A stretch of 64,000 nucleotides of DNA from the NCBI GenBank assembly GCA_030770535.1, contig JASVEC010000018.1, positions 806,001 to 870,000 on the forward strand. The letters run 5' to 3'. Each line of letters opens with the position of its first letter. The first letter of the stretch is position 1. The notes under the pieces were generated by a model that did no database searches, had not been told where the DNA came from, and saw only the letters and a list, made by a program, of their open reading frames with translations. This document shows, piece after piece, positions 1 through 13,292 of this stretch. This DNA is from Batkoa obscura. Lineage: Eukaryota. The translations under genes and the position numbers were made by a program.

Positions 1-323
1 TTCAATCAAAGTTACCAGAGCTAGAGTCCTTATCCATGGATCAAATAGTAGAGCTTCAATTAAGTAAGCTTGAAATGATGGTATCTGGAGAATATAAGGA
101 GATAGCATTATTTGATGATAAGTTTGGTACTGATATTAATCCTCATCATGGCTTATCGTATAAAATTTGGACTCCATCAGATAGGAATATCTATCGATTT
201 TTCAAGGTTTATGAGAAACTTGAAAAAGAAAAACAAGTTAAAGTTTTAAATCGATTTAAAAGAATTATCACTGCTAAAGAAGATTACTTGGATAGAAGGG
301 CTAAATCAGATAAATTGATCTAA
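1..323 (+). CDS. 3' end of a hypothetical protein (partial; begins before the window)
   Basis: The frame of the 36..323 ORF is open back to the window edge (QSKLPELESLSMDQ...). TAA at 321-323 is followed by an AATAAA-like signal. No recognisable domain. Confidence 0.45.
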   Translation, partial: QSKLPELESLSMDQIVELQLSKLEMMVSGEYKEIALFDDKFGTDINPHHGLSYKIWTPSDRNIYRFFKVYEKLEKEKQVKVLNRFKRIITAKEDYLDRRAKSDKLI

Positions 324-377
324 TTTTATTTTAATAAAAGCTTGCTTTTTAATTAACGTAATTTTGTAACACCATAT

Positions 378-474
378 AGGGATGTATTTTTTTATATAAA
401 GATTTATTAACAATCTTCTCACTCAAATAGCGCTTGAAAAGTGGGCAAAGTGATAAAGCCTAAAAAACACCACC
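378..474 (+). mobile_element. ~98 bp MITE (Sola-like family), copy 1
   Basis: Runs AGGGATGTATTTTT...AAAAAACACCACC with the family core ACTCAAATAGCGCTTGAAAA. ATAT lies at 374-377 and 475-478. Confidence 0.85.
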
Positions 475-478
475 ATAT

Positions 479-2943
479 GGGGCTGTCCTAATTGGTTTCA
501 GAATCTACTTAGAAATTAATCCAAATTTAAAATTCCAAGTTTGTGTTCAATATAACGGTTAAATCTAAAAAGCCTAAAATTAAATGTCTCTATTTAAAAC
601 TTATTTTAATTGTTTCCTTTTCTTAAATAGCTAATTTTCCTAACTATATATTTTATGTTAGTTCTGTTAGATATTTAACAGATATATAATATATAACTAT
701 ATGATTATATAATTATATAAATACATAATTATATAAACATAGTTATTTGACTTTATTTGACTTTATTTTTTGTTGAAATAAAAATAAAATGCAAACTTTC
801 ATAACTAAACTTCGAAATGGAATTTTTGAAAACTTCAATACAATAGGGAGGAGTACACAATATAAACATTGTAATTCATTTACATCAATTTTAAGAGCTA
901 CTTATAACAACCCAAGGTTTATGGAATTTTATAATAAAACAAAACAAAGAAAAGATATATTATCAAAGTTTACTATCGATAATAATAAACTTAATCAAGC
1001 AATGTATAAAATTAGTGCTTTAAGGGAAACAGGAAACAAAAGTCAGCAAGTAGCGTTATTATCGACTATAGCTTCAGTATATTCTTTTGATGAATGTAAG
1101 AGTTTTGGGTTTAATATAAATAGAAATCAATATGATTATTCAAAAACAAGTAATAATAATAAAATATCAACATTAAAACCTATTATTAAAAATACAAAAA
1201 AAATTAAAGATGACCAAATTGAAACTATCATACAATATTTACTAAATGATTCAACTATTTCATCAAGATTTAACAAAAAAAGTAACGATAGTAAATATTC
1301 ATCAGATAATATATATATATTAAATAAAAGTAGAAGAATGATATATAGTAAATATTTGAATGATCTAAGAGATAAAGCAGTAGCTAGGTCAACGTTCTTT
1401 AAATATATACCAACTAATTTCAAAAATCCAGCAAGAAAAACGGATCTATGTAATATATGTACCCAGTATACAGTTAGAAAAAAGTTATTTGAAAATAAAA
1501 TAAATACAGCAAAAAACAAAGCAGAGATACAAGAAATTTTCAACGAAGAAGAAAAATTATACAAATTACATAGATTCTGTGTTGATACTCAAAAAAACAC
1601 ATTTAATGAAACTATCAAAAAATTAAATAACAAAAGTTGTATAATAGTTTTAGATTTTAAACAAAATATGGAAATAGGGACAAGACCAGATTCAATAAAT
1701 CTAGATCATTATAATAAACAAGCTATATCAGTATTAGGTTTTGGTGTATTATATTTAAAAGATGATAAAACAATAGGCAAAGTTTACTTTGATTATTTAT
1801 CTGAAATATTGAATCATGATTCAGCATATGCAGGAGATTGTTTAATCGATTTGATCTCTACAGAGCTTCTATTTAAAAAGTTTACAAAAATTAATATATG
1901 GGCAGATACAGGAAATCATTTTAGATCCCAAGAGTTTCTACACTATATGTTCAAACAAATTCATAAAATAAATAGTAGTTTGAATGTTAATCTTAATTTT
2001 TTTGCTGAGCATCATGGAAAAAGTATAGTTGATGGACATTTTGGAAACCTTTCAAAATGGAAAAGTAGTTTTGAAGCGTTAGGTAAAATAGAAGATATCG
2101 ATCAATTAATTTCAAGATTTGAGGCTTTTATTTGTGAGCATAATAAAATCAATAACTCGACTGTTAATAATGGGAAAACAGATATAATTTTTAAAAAGTA
2201 TAAAAGAAACAAAAATAAAAAAAGAATAATAGAGATGCAGGGCATTAAGAAGTATTTACATTTTATTAAACATAATAATAAACTACATTGTTATCCAGTA
2301 TCTGATACATCAAAAAAAAGCGATATAGTCCCAATTAAAGTTATAGAGTCTATAGAAAACAGAAAAATTAAAAGATCGATCCCAGCTTACCTTACGAAGA
2401 TAACAGAGAATTTCAAAATTTCGATATTTACTAAGCAAGTAAGTAGTTTGTTGAATGATAGAAATAGATTGTTAAATGTTAGGATTACTTAAGTTATTAA
2501 TAGCTAAGTTAATAAATACTCAAAGAACAAGTAACTGTAATAATATGTAAAAACTACTATTACTTGTACTATATAGGGATGGTTAATTATAGTTTTGGGG
2601 CTGACCATTCCCTCCCATGCAGCTATTTATTAACTTGGCAATATATTAATAATGTAATTATAACATTAAAATAGTTTATTTATTTGATAATAAATCTACA
2701 ACGTTGGTTATAAAGCAGTTGATAGTAAATATTTCTCAATTAAGCTTTATAAGAACATGTATTTAAGATCTAGTAGAAATTCAAGTAACTTACAGTATGA
2801 GCTATAATAGAATGATTTAGAACTGTGTTTGGGTACTTTTGTTTTAATAAAAGATGTGATTTTATAGAATTTTAAGCGAAGTTTTTAAAATACAAAATTT
2901 TTCAAAAATTGGATAAAATAATGAAACTAATTCAGACAACCCC
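479..2943 (+). mobile_element. Apparently autonomous DNA transposon, Sola-like (DDD), with imperfect TIRs and 4-bp ATAT TSD
   Basis: Left end GGGGCTGTCCTAATTGGTTTCA vs reverse complement of right end GGGGTTGTCTGAATTAGTTTCA (18/22 match). ATAT at 475-478 and 2944-2947. Contains one intact intronless 567 aa ORF. Confidence 0.8.
789..2492 (+). CDS. DDD transposase, Sola (probably Sola2)-like
   Basis: Putative triad LD289FKQN, WAD373TGNHFRS, EHHGKSIVD415GHFG, plus an upstream C221xxC224...H261 Zn-binding motif. Lies between TIRs. The superfamily assignment is recalled from motifs, not searched. Confidence 0.75.
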   Translation: MQTFITKLRNGIFENFNTIGRSTQYKHCNSFTSILRATYNNPRFMEFYNKTKQRKDILSKFTIDNNKLNQAMYKISALRETGNKSQQVALLSTIASVYSFDECKSFGFNINRNQYDYSKTSNNNKISTLKPIIKNTKKIKDDQIETIIQYLLNDSTISSRFNKKSNDSKYSSDNIYILNKSRRMIYSKYLNDLRDKAVARSTFFKYIPTNFKNPARKTDLCNICTQYTVRKKLFENKINTAKNKAEIQEIFNEEEKLYKLHRFCVDTQKNTFNETIKKLNNKSCIIVLDFKQNMEIGTRPDSINLDHYNKQAISVLGFGVLYLKDDKTIGKVYFDYLSEILNHDSAYAGDCLIDLISTELLFKKFTKINIWADTGNHFRSQEFLHYMFKQIHKINSSLNVNLNFFAEHHGKSIVDGHFGNLSKWKSSFEALGKIEDIDQLISRFEAFICEHNKINNSTVNNGKTDIIFKKYKRNKNKKRIIEMQGIKKYLHFIKHNNKLHCYPVSDTSKKSDIVPIKVIESIENRKIKRSIPAYLTKITENFKISIFTKQVSSLLNDRNRLLNVRIT

Positions 2944-4350
2944 ATATGTTTCTATTTTTAATGTTTCATTTGAATTCAAATTATAAAATATATAATTGAT
3001 TTATGTAAGTCCAAAAACTTAGTTAAAAGCAAATATCCTTTCTTGAAAAGCCCGTACCTGGAGCAATGTTTTTCTAATAACTAACAGTTATCAAGGATAT
3101 TTCTAGAAGAGAATAGGTAGTTAGATTAAAACAAAGGCAAGTTATTCACATTAGTTAACATGGATGGACCAAATAAGCCACCATCTAGAAGTTCTATCAC
3201 AGCTTTCGAATGACTCAGTTTAAAATGGGCAAAAAAAACTTTTTTGACAGATAAGCTTTACATTTAGACAAAATGTGGGAACTCTGGATCAAATTTTGAC
3301 TTAAAGATTAATTTACAGTATTATTTATCAGTGATTCAGATAGCTAAGGCGGACTAAAGGCTTTTTGAAGCTTAGATAAAGTTTAAAATTACAAAAGTTA
3401 CATGGTGATTCTAAAACAAATAAAAATAGACATTTCTTATAGTGCTTATCTTTATAAAAAAAGTATAATAAATCAATACTGTAAAAACAGTTAATTTGTA
3501 CTTATTTATGAATGCGTTTTTTTAGGATATAAAAAGCCATCTGGTTTAATATCATTGAGTTGTTTCTAATTCATTTTTCATTAATGCCAATTTTTTGAAT
3601 TATACATAAAGTTAATAGCTATTTATTGAAAAATAATATAAACAAAACAGTAAACAGCAATTGGCCACTTTTTTGTGTAAACAAATTCATACTAGTTTTG
3701 TTTATTAATTTAAATTAAATAGTTTCATTTCGTTGTTATTTTATAATATCAAAAAAAATAGTATTAAATTAAAAGAGTGAAAAATCGTAATTCTAGTCTC
3801 TAATATCTACAAACAAGCTAGTTTAATTATACATTGTAATATCCTTCTTTTAAAAAGGATAGGATAGTTAGAACAATTGTAAAAATAACAGCAAGAAATT
3901 GTAAAAGTTGTTGCACACCCTTTTATTTCATTTGACCTGAGTTAAAAGTTAAAATTAGTTTAATTAAGAAATAAAGTTAAATCAAATAGGATTATAATAT
4001 AAGAATAAGGGAGCATCAAATGGAGATGGAGATGTTGGGGTGGAGAGCAAATAAGAGATTGAAGATAATTAGGTAGAAATTTATAGCTAATTCATTGGTA
4101 AATTCAAATTCAATCAAGAATTTCCAAGAAATCGTGTTCTTAAATGAGTAGTAAAAATCATCAATAGGTTAAATTAGTCAAAGTTTGGATAATAAAATAA
4201 AAGCGTTACTATAAAAAATTCGAGTTTATTGTTTATTGTTTATTTTTTATTTTTTATTTTTGTTGTAATTATTAATTGATAGTTTCGTTTTGTGTATTAT
4301 TATAGTCAAAGACAGAGATTGTTTGTGTATTAATATAAGTTATAAGAGAG

Positions 4351-5953
4351 ATGGACGAATACCAGGAGAAAATCAAGCTACCATTTAGTTTAAAAAAGTT
4401 TAAAAAAATATTTTCAAAGGAGACAAAATCTTCAATGGAAGACGTTAAGCATAAAAAAAAGGTGATGTTAAATCCAATGGAATATAAAAATCAATTAGTA
4501 CAAAGTAAGCCTTTCTGATTTTTGCAACTACTCTCATTTACTAATTTTTTCTTAGTTGTTAATATCTTAAAACAGCAAGGTATTCTACGGTCTCAATGTG
4601 ACATTGAGCATTATTTTAAATTATGTAATTATGATGTATATGAAACTACTCAATATCTTACTTGTTTAGCTTTAGCTGAAGTGGGTATTTTAGTTTCTGT
4701 TAATGAGACCAATCAATTATTAGGTGTTGAAAACGCTGCTGGTACTAGTTGTTATATTGGTAAATTTTGACTTTATTTTTATATAAATATGTATATTGAT
4801 TAAATTAGATACTATATTATTCGCTATGTATTCGCATGAAACGACATTCGATTGCTTATTACAAAGCAAAAAACTGCAGGATAAATTAAGTGAATCTTTA
4901 CAAACCTTATGTCGATTTTTTGTCAATTTGCTGAGAAGCAATTTACTAGTAAGAGCCGAAATTGTAGAAAGTATACGCAAAAAATTAATTGAGTGTGGAT
5001 GGGGTACCAACAAGTATAGCCAAGAAGATGCCGGTGAATTCTTTTTATTTTTATGTAACCTGTTCCAGTTACCATATTTACCTTTCAATTTACAACTGAT
5101 TCATGGTGCTAAATTGGACCCGAAGTTAGACACTAAATTAATTGAAGATCGTATTTTGCCCCTTTCATTACCAGAGTTAAATCCTAATAATAGTACAAAA
5201 AGGTTTATTACTATTGAAGATTTGCTACTGGATTATTTTTATTCAAATAAAATTAGTGGATTAAGAAGGAGCATTGAGATTAACCCTAATGAAGAAAAAG
5301 CAGCTATAACTGATGCCTGGTCTGTATTAAAATTGCTGCCATTTTATACATCAAAAAATGAGTTGAGTAACATTAACATTTTAAAAGAAAGTGAATTAAA
5401 TGAACCAGATTTAATTTTACCGTTGATGATTAAAAGATACAAAAAGGAGTTTAATAAGAACCATCATCTTGATGATATAAAAAGAGATAACCGAGGTGTT
5501 ACATTAAGTTGTGATATTAATTTCAATAACTTTATCAAAAAAATGGATTCAGCAATTGAAGATAAAAGTAAAAATGAATACCGATTAGAACTGAAATCCG
5601 TAATATGCCATATTGGGACAACTTTACAATCTGGACATTATATTGTATTTGTTAAAGATTCCAATACAAATGATTGGGTACAGATGGATGATTTGAAAAA
5701 TGAAAAAGTACAAAGGTATTCGTCAGTCAAACAGGCTACTCAAGCTTTTGAAATCATGGCCAGAAATTCATATATTTTGTTTTATAAACTAAAAGTTATC
5801 AACCATTCATCTAATAGTAATAACAATACAAATTTTAATCGATTGCGTTCAAATACGGCTATGTCTATGGATGCTAAACTAGCTAGAAATATGCAAGCCT
5901 TAGAATTTATTGAAAGGGATTCTTATAAAGATAAATCTTGCGCTATGCAATAA
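4351..5953 (+). CDS. Ubiquitin C-terminal hydrolase (USP/peptidase C19), 3 exons, C-terminal CaaX
   Basis: Introns 4505-4555 and 4760-4808; splicing gives the Cys box GVENAAGTSCYIDTILFAM. Also QEDAGEF, His box CHIG...SGHY and WVQMDD. Ends SCAMQ*. Confidence 0.85.
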
Positions 5954-6019
5954 AGTAGTATACGATATTTAAATCTCATCTTATTAATAGTAATAAAATA
6001 TATGAAAAATGATATTTAT

Positions 6020-6724
6020 TTATTTTAGATTAGATAGTGAGGTTTCTAAATCTATAATCAAGTCATTATATATTTGCCCAAATTTTGTATTATTATCATT
6101 GCTTTTATCTATAAATGATAATAAATCGTTGCCATCATAGTTGTCCATCTTATCACCATCACCAATGCTATTGTTATGAATAGACGATTGATTTTTTAAA
6201 AATTCTTTATCTAATAATTGATCAATGTTTAATAATTTACTTTTGAATGCTATTTTTTTTAGCAGTTTTAAATTTTTTTGATCCTTATTATCCATAGCAG
6301 TAGTACTATCATCACATATAATTGTATTATCGTCGGTGTCAATTCCCTGAGCGTCGATTTTCTTTTTAGCAACCATTTCTTTTAGCAACCTAAATAAAAA
6401 TAAATAAAAATAAATAAAAATTTATAGATACAATTGAGTTCCATTTACCAACTTATACCATATACGTTACCAATTCGAGAGCCAATTTGAATGCCTTCTT
6501 TGAATCCAAGGTCAAATCCTTCTTGGTTATACTTGGTCTTATTATTAATAATACCTTCTCGAATTCCCAACTAAAAATCACTTTTACTAAATAAATTAAA
6601 GTTATTGTCTAGTTATCTTAATTACATTGTTAAATTTTAATTGCAAATTTTTTGCTTCATTCGAATGAATCCTCTTTTCATATTCAACTTCATTTACATC
6701 GTCTTCCCATATATCTTCATCCAT
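6020..6724 (-). CDS. YAE1: Yae1/Lto1-family protein (GX3 repeat), multi-exon
   Basis: Starts MDEDIWEDD at 6724. The middle exon encodes GIREGI...QEGFDLGFKEGIQIGSRIGNVYG (G-x3 repeats typical of Yae1_N). The last exon is the 6020..6388 ORF. Confidence 0.65.
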
Positions 6725-8081
6725 TTTATAAAAAATGAAAATAACTTTAGAAAAAGTTATTACTAATATATTAATCAACCAATTAAAGCTCATTTCAAGA
6801 GCAAAATTAATTTAACAGAATATTAATATCTTTGATCTTCCTAAAATAACCAAGCATCATTAAGCAAAATCAGAACGTGTTAATAGAAATAGTATTCGAA
6901 AGTATTAAAAGCTTTTATTAAAGTCTAAAAACAAAAATAAGTGATATTTGTACAAAGGAACTACTTTATACTCATTTTATGATGATTTGTTTATAATAAA
7001 TATTTATATTTATATTTGAATCAAGCTATTAATTGTAAAATTTAGTAAAAAATGTGCGGAGACTGCGTGAATAACTAGTTGAATAGTTAAAATCAGTGAT
7101 GAAATAACTTATTACTTTAGCTATTTCAGTTAATGAGCCTTAGATTCTACTTTGATTATTTATATTTTTATATTCCTTATAATCTATTTTTAAGGTAGTC
7201 TTTTAGGCTAAAGCATTTAGTTTAATAAGCTAATATCATATCTTTCAATACTCTTATTTTATATATAAAAAAGTCATATTCTCAAAAGTCATTTCATTGA
7301 GGTAAAATTAAATATTCTTATTTAATAGAGATAAAAGGAATTTAAAGGGGAGAACTAGTTTTAAAAATAACAGATTATCCATGCTATTAAACAGAATCCA
7401 TGTACAATAAAGTGAAGATGCTCGTCTGCTTCTTCGCCTATAATTACCCATAGATGCTCTACCTTACACTTAAAATTTAACCATTAGCTAAAATCCTCAT
7501 CCTTATTTTCATCACAAGTGTGTTCTCTTATAATAAACCTTATAATACCGTTTTTACAAGTCTTATTTATCAGCAATAAAAATTAATCCAAGCTTAAGTC
7601 TAAACTTTTTAAATATCATTGGGAGATAAATTGTAACTATTAAACCCTATAAAAATCCCTTCCTCATCTCAAATAGAGCCACATGTATCTTTCGCTATCC
7701 TTTCTTTCATGTTGCTCGTTTTCATTTTTATAAAGATTACATGATAGTATTCAAGTCTATGTTCCATTTTGGCTAATACTATACAAACGCTCTCGTTTTT
7801 GATTTCACTTTTACTTGACATTTTTTTGTGGCGAGAATATTATTGGTTGAAAACTCAATAAAAATGAAGTTTTTAAACATGATTTATCAGTTAGCAATGA
7901 TGATAAAAAAGTTAAATTATTTTATCGTGAGGCACTAACAGTATTTAAAAAGCATGTGGCAATGATCTATAGCCATTATAATCAAAAGAACAATAAAAAA
8001 TAGACAAACTATAAAAAGGAATAGTTATAAATGAGAGAGTTTTTTGTTTATTGAAAATAGAAGATAGAATTAATAGATAGG

Positions 8082-9181
8082 ATGAAGTTGATAAATAAAC
8101 TATTCTATATTTTATGTTTCATTATTTTTTTTTGTTGTTGCTTTTTGGTAAGGTGTTTACCAACTATCTATCATCATTTATTAACAATTTATAGTACTAT
8201 AATTCTACTTTGAATGTTTTAAAAAACGAACTGGAGGTAGCTACTAAAAATCTCACTATAACACATATTAAGTCATTAACACCATTAATTAGTATGAAAT
8301 GAACCCGAATAATCTTAATGAATTGAATTATATTGATATACTTCAATTAAAGATCCAACAAATAATAGATGAAATTAATTTAATCAATACTGATGCAACA
8401 ACTAAAGATACTGACTTAATGGAAAATTCGAAACTACTGTTTCAAAGTATAAGTATAATTACAGTATCAGAAATAGGAGACAAGACATTTATTATAATCA
8501 TTTTGTTAAGTATCCAGCATAACCCTATACTTATATTTTCTGCTAGCTTTCTAGCATTATTTTTAATGAGCTTATTATCTAGTTTTTTAAGTAATATCTT
8601 CCAATTTATTATCGATATCAACTACATACATTTAATTGCTACTATTTTGTTTTTTATCTTTTCAATTCAGTTGTTCTATGAATATTATAAATTTCAAGAC
8701 AACGAACATCAGCTTGAAATTAGCAAAATTAAAATGGAAGTGAAACAAAATAATGAGTTAGCTTGTAATAACAACAATGATAGTCAATTCTGCAACTCAT
8801 TGTCTATCTTTTTAAATACATTTTTATTAATATTTATTGCTGAATGGGGCGATCGCTCTCAATTTACAACTATAACCTTGGCCGCTGTTGGGGTAAGTTT
8901 AAGCTTCGTTAATTTCAACTATTACATTAAACTTACAAATTATAGAATTTTTACTGGGTAACCTTTGGTGTTGTTTTAGGTCATTTTATTACCACTTTGT
9001 TAGCCATTATTGGTGGAAATTATTTGGCTACTAAAATATCAGTTAAAAAAAGTAAGCTGCTTATTTAGTTTTAAGTCATGTTTGTTTATTTATATTATTA
9101 GTTACTTTTCTATCTGGTCTCCTCTTTTTAATTTTTAGTGTCGTTTATTTAGTGGAAACTGTCCAATATTTTATTAAATAA
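8082..9181 (+). CDS. GDT1: GDT1/TMEM165 (UPF0016) Ca2+/Mn2+:H+ antiporter, multi-exon
   Basis: Two E-x-G-D motifs (SEIGDKTF, AEWGDRSQ) and TM helices. Signal-peptide-like exon 1 from ATG 8082; stop at 9179-9181. Confidence 0.85.
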
Positions 9182-9448
9182 ATTACTATACAATCTATTG
9201 AGCTTTTGCGTGTTTTTTAGTATAACCTTAATAAAAAAATTATAATAGCTTTAAAATACAATAACTACAAGATCAGATTAAAATTATTAACATGGGTTTA
9301 TATTTGGTTATGATCCTTTGTTGTAGTTATGATTTTTTAAAAAAGATATTTTACGACTCAATAACAAAAATTTTATTAATTTTTTTCAAAATTTGTCTAC
9401 TTTTACAAAGTAATTTTAAATATTTAAAAAATCATATATAAAAAGTAC

Positions 9449-9546
9449 GGGGATATTTTTTTGGCTTGATCACTTTTTCTATCTTTTAAGCACTATTTCA
9501 GTGGAGAAATTATTAGTAAAATTCTTAAACACAAAAATATATCCCT
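9449..9546 (-). mobile_element. MITE copy 2
   Basis: GGGGATATTTTTTT...AAAAATATATCCCT with the reverse core TTTTAAGCACTATTTCAGTGG. Right flank ATAT, left GTAC. Confidence 0.85.
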
Positions 9547-10445
9547 ATATAGTAAACGTCTTATTTCTGAGTTATTTTTATTGTTGCTGAAACAATATTT
9601 TTTAAAAGCAATTATATGTGATAATAGCCTCGTGCTTTATCAATAGAATAAAATAAATTCAATTTATAATTGTTTTATTTGAGTATTTTTAGAACCTTAA
9701 GCAAAAAAGTCAAACATGACCTTCTGGAACCTCATTCTTTTCTCCTTAAACTATCTAGCTTTAATTTTATAGTAACTGGGGCTTAATACTGACAAAAAAC
9801 ATAAGCTTTCCAAGATTTCTTCCTTTTTCTCGAATCCTTTTCAATCGAGACTAGTCTTTAGTCAATTGATTCATTCTACATGAAATTATCATTTTAAAAC
9901 ACTTCTGCATCAGTAGCGACCATATCCTCCTTGTTTCGTCTTTGAGGGAGTTTAGATGTAAAAGGACCTCTGGTTACCATAATCACCTTTTCATGCTCCG
10001 AAGAAAGATCCTTAACTTTCAAGCACATAGTTTCAGTCTAACCTCATTCACCTCTTTCCATTATTTATCCCACCTTATCTACTTTTCGTCTACCTTTGTT
10101 TTTTTTACTTTCGTAAAACGTTAGAGTATAAAAAATAGTTGAGATTAAATAATCATTTAGACACATAAGATTTTTAAAATGGTATGCAAATACGAAAGAA
10201 GCAATATGTATATTAAATTAATTAAATCATAAATTCTCTTAAATTCTCTTAAATCTTTAAATAAAATGATTCATTTATTTTTTTGATAGTTAAAACCACA
10301 AATGCAACTAAAATCCATTAAATTACATTTAATTTTAGTTACCAATCTTCATCCAACTACCCTACTTAAAATAAATTATAGTTTATTTAAACGCATAATT
10401 AGAGGTAAATACAATTCTTATAAAGCTTTTAGCTACATAATTTGA

Positions 10446-11753
10446 TCATTGAACATCGTTGATAAGAGGAAGTGAATTTCTACGGCGACGAGTTCCATTG
10501 GGTAACGGCGTCTCTGCTGGTTTTAATAACTCAAAACTACAAAGTAAATCTTCATTCACTGACATGACTGCCCCATAATTGTCAAACTCCCCACAATAAT
10601 TAGGTGCCGAAAATACAGTCACTAAAGTTCTACCATTAAAGAATTCATACCCATCTTCTACTACCATATGCGCTCTACATACAAGATCAAATTCGTGTTT
10701 ATTAAGAAACTCATTTACTATACTCTTTCCAAAACAATAGCTAACTCCCCTTTCATTATCTTCCCATTCCAATGTTGATTCACTAGGATCACTCCATAAT
10801 AAATCGTTCAACAGTCCATAATCTGGTACATCACTTGGTCTTTCTATTTTACGAATATCATCCATACTATTGAGACTTGGAGAAAGGCCACCATGGACAC
10901 AAAATATTTTATTAGCAACTAAACCAGCTACTGGTAAGCAATTAAATACAGAGACAAATGATTTCCATATTTTGACTGTTGAACGTCTTTTACATTCATC
11001 ATAAAATCCATATACTTTAAAAATTAATTATTGAAATTTTCAAATGAAAAATATAATACCTCTTGTTACATTAGCACATTCATGGTTTCCTCGTAATAAG
11101 AAAAAATTTTCTGGATATTTAATTTTATAGCATAATAATAGCAATATAGTTTCAAGACTTTGTCTTCCACGATCTACATAATCTCCTAAAAATAAAAAAT
11201 TGGAGGATGGTGGATATCCACACATATCGAATAGTCTTAAAAGGTCCGTATATTGTCCATGAACATCACCTACTATTTTAACCGGTGCTGATAATTCTAT
11301 AAGCGATGATTGTGATAAGAATATTTCTCTTGATAACTGACAAATAGCTAATATTTCCGCATTTTTTAAAACTATTACCCTTGGTACTTTGCCTGATTGT
11401 CCAACCTCTAAAAGTCGTGCTATACAATCATCTATGTCCAAGTCTTTGTGAACTGTTTCATTATTTATTGAATCGTTGGAAGTAGAAAACACTGCAGAAG
11501 CACCACTTAATGAGTTAACGCTTCCACGCCTTTCTTCTAAATCTGCTGTTCCAGGAGATTTAACTAATATAGATTCTACTGTAGGCTCTATAGCAATAGG
11601 CGAAGCATGGGCATTAAAAAGCTCATCAGTATCATCGTCGTGTATTTCAAAAGGGGAAAAGGAAGAGGGTGAGCGAGCAATTACAGCAGTTTCGTCCATA
11701 GGTTCCCCATTCTTAGTAAGTTTTACTGTTTTCTTTGAAGTTGAGTTGCCCAT
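10446..11753 (-). CDS. PPZ1: PP1-like Ser/Thr phosphatase, PPZ type
   Basis: Motifs [32 protein letters not shown] and [12 protein letters not shown]-terminal MGNSTSK myristoylation motif and Ser-rich extension. One intron at about 11017-11058. Confidence 0.9.
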
Positions 11754-13292
11754 TAATTGAAAATTAATCTATAAAAATAAAACAAATTAATTTATAGTTT
11801 ATAATTGAAGAAATCAAAAGGGAATGAGAATATATTTTTAAATGCTCAAAATAAATTCTTACCTAAAAATTAGTTAAAGATAAAATAAAAGATTGATAAG
11901 ATTTATTAATAAATATTAATAAAGATAAAATAAAAATAAAGATAGATGAATATACACTAAAGGGTTACAAAAAGTATCAAAGCTCTAATATTTAAATTAA
12001 TTTAAATTAGTAATGTAACAGGAAATAAGTAATCGTTGGTTTAATTAAACTGTTAGCATTGATACTTATTTTTTTATTTCTACTGGTTAATCAATTGCGA
12101 GCGCATGATTTGATCTTTCTGGATATTCTTTCTAGTTTTATTGGTGGTTTCATAATCAAATGAGTTGCCTTTTTTTCATCCTTCTGTATTATAATTGGTT
12201 TACCATTCAATCTGGTTTAAATGGCAACTTTGATTTGTGGAGGTGATATACTTTTCTAATATCAAAATCCCGAGTTTCTAACTTCAAAAACCACTTTATA
12301 AGTGTATTTATTGCAACATGATAAAGAATCAGTTATTAATAAAGAATGAACATTTTGATGGTTTCGCAGCTTAGTCTTTGAGCGAGCTATAACTTTATTA
12401 CTGATTTAAAAGGTTTTAATAAGCTTTGAACTCTTTTTCAAAAAAAAAGTGAAACTAAAATATATTTTGTCACTAATTCAGGGGGTTAAAAGCCACCTGA
12501 TAGCATGAATTTTAATTTTGCTTTAAAATTTTGTAACAGTGTTAAGTAAATGGAGAAATCGCAATTTATAATGCTATTTAGGCATTGGAGCTATAATTTT
12601 ATCGAAGTGACCTGTATCTGTTTTAGCATTTCTACTACTAACACCCCTATTATTGGCTCAGTCATTGAAATTAAGTTTTCTGTTAAAACAAAGTGCCTCT
12701 TAACAAAAAATGCGTTTTAGTTTTTAATAGAATCAAGAGTTTCAAACAAATTCAGTTATTCGTTAAAAAATGCTATAACTGACTTAACCTTAAATAGAAA
12801 GGAGGGTTTTCATTATTTTTTTAACTTGTCTATCTAGTATGAATAATCGCATATTTATTTATCCCAATATTTGTATTTTAACATAAATTTATGCAAAGTA
12901 ATTTGAGAAATAAGAAACACAAAATTCTTTAAGCTTAGATTTTAAAGAACAGACTAGAAACAGAATTCTTAAATGATCCGATTATTGAAAGCTGAGTTTA
13001 AGATTGAAGTTTTATAAAATTTTCCGATTTTTTATTATCAATTTCCTATTTACACCTATCACAATATTTTAAGGCTAAAAATTCACTTATCTGTCAATCT
13101 TTGATATTCTTATTTTTTATATAGTAACGTTCATTATATGACTTAAGAATCTACTTAAGCTGTAATTTAATGAAACCATTGAATTAAACAATTATTTCAA
13201 AAACTATAAATAACACTTTTACTCTGAAATGGAAAAATAAATATTAAATCATTAAAGATGAATACATTTTAAAAATAAATTAAAGATTAAAA

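Noticed and set aside
9700..10124. More GC-rich, purine-skewed stretch that looks like a decayed coding relic (similar stretches at about 7330-7800 and 28740-29050)
   Set aside because: Multiple stops and no recognisable motif; cannot be assigned without a search.
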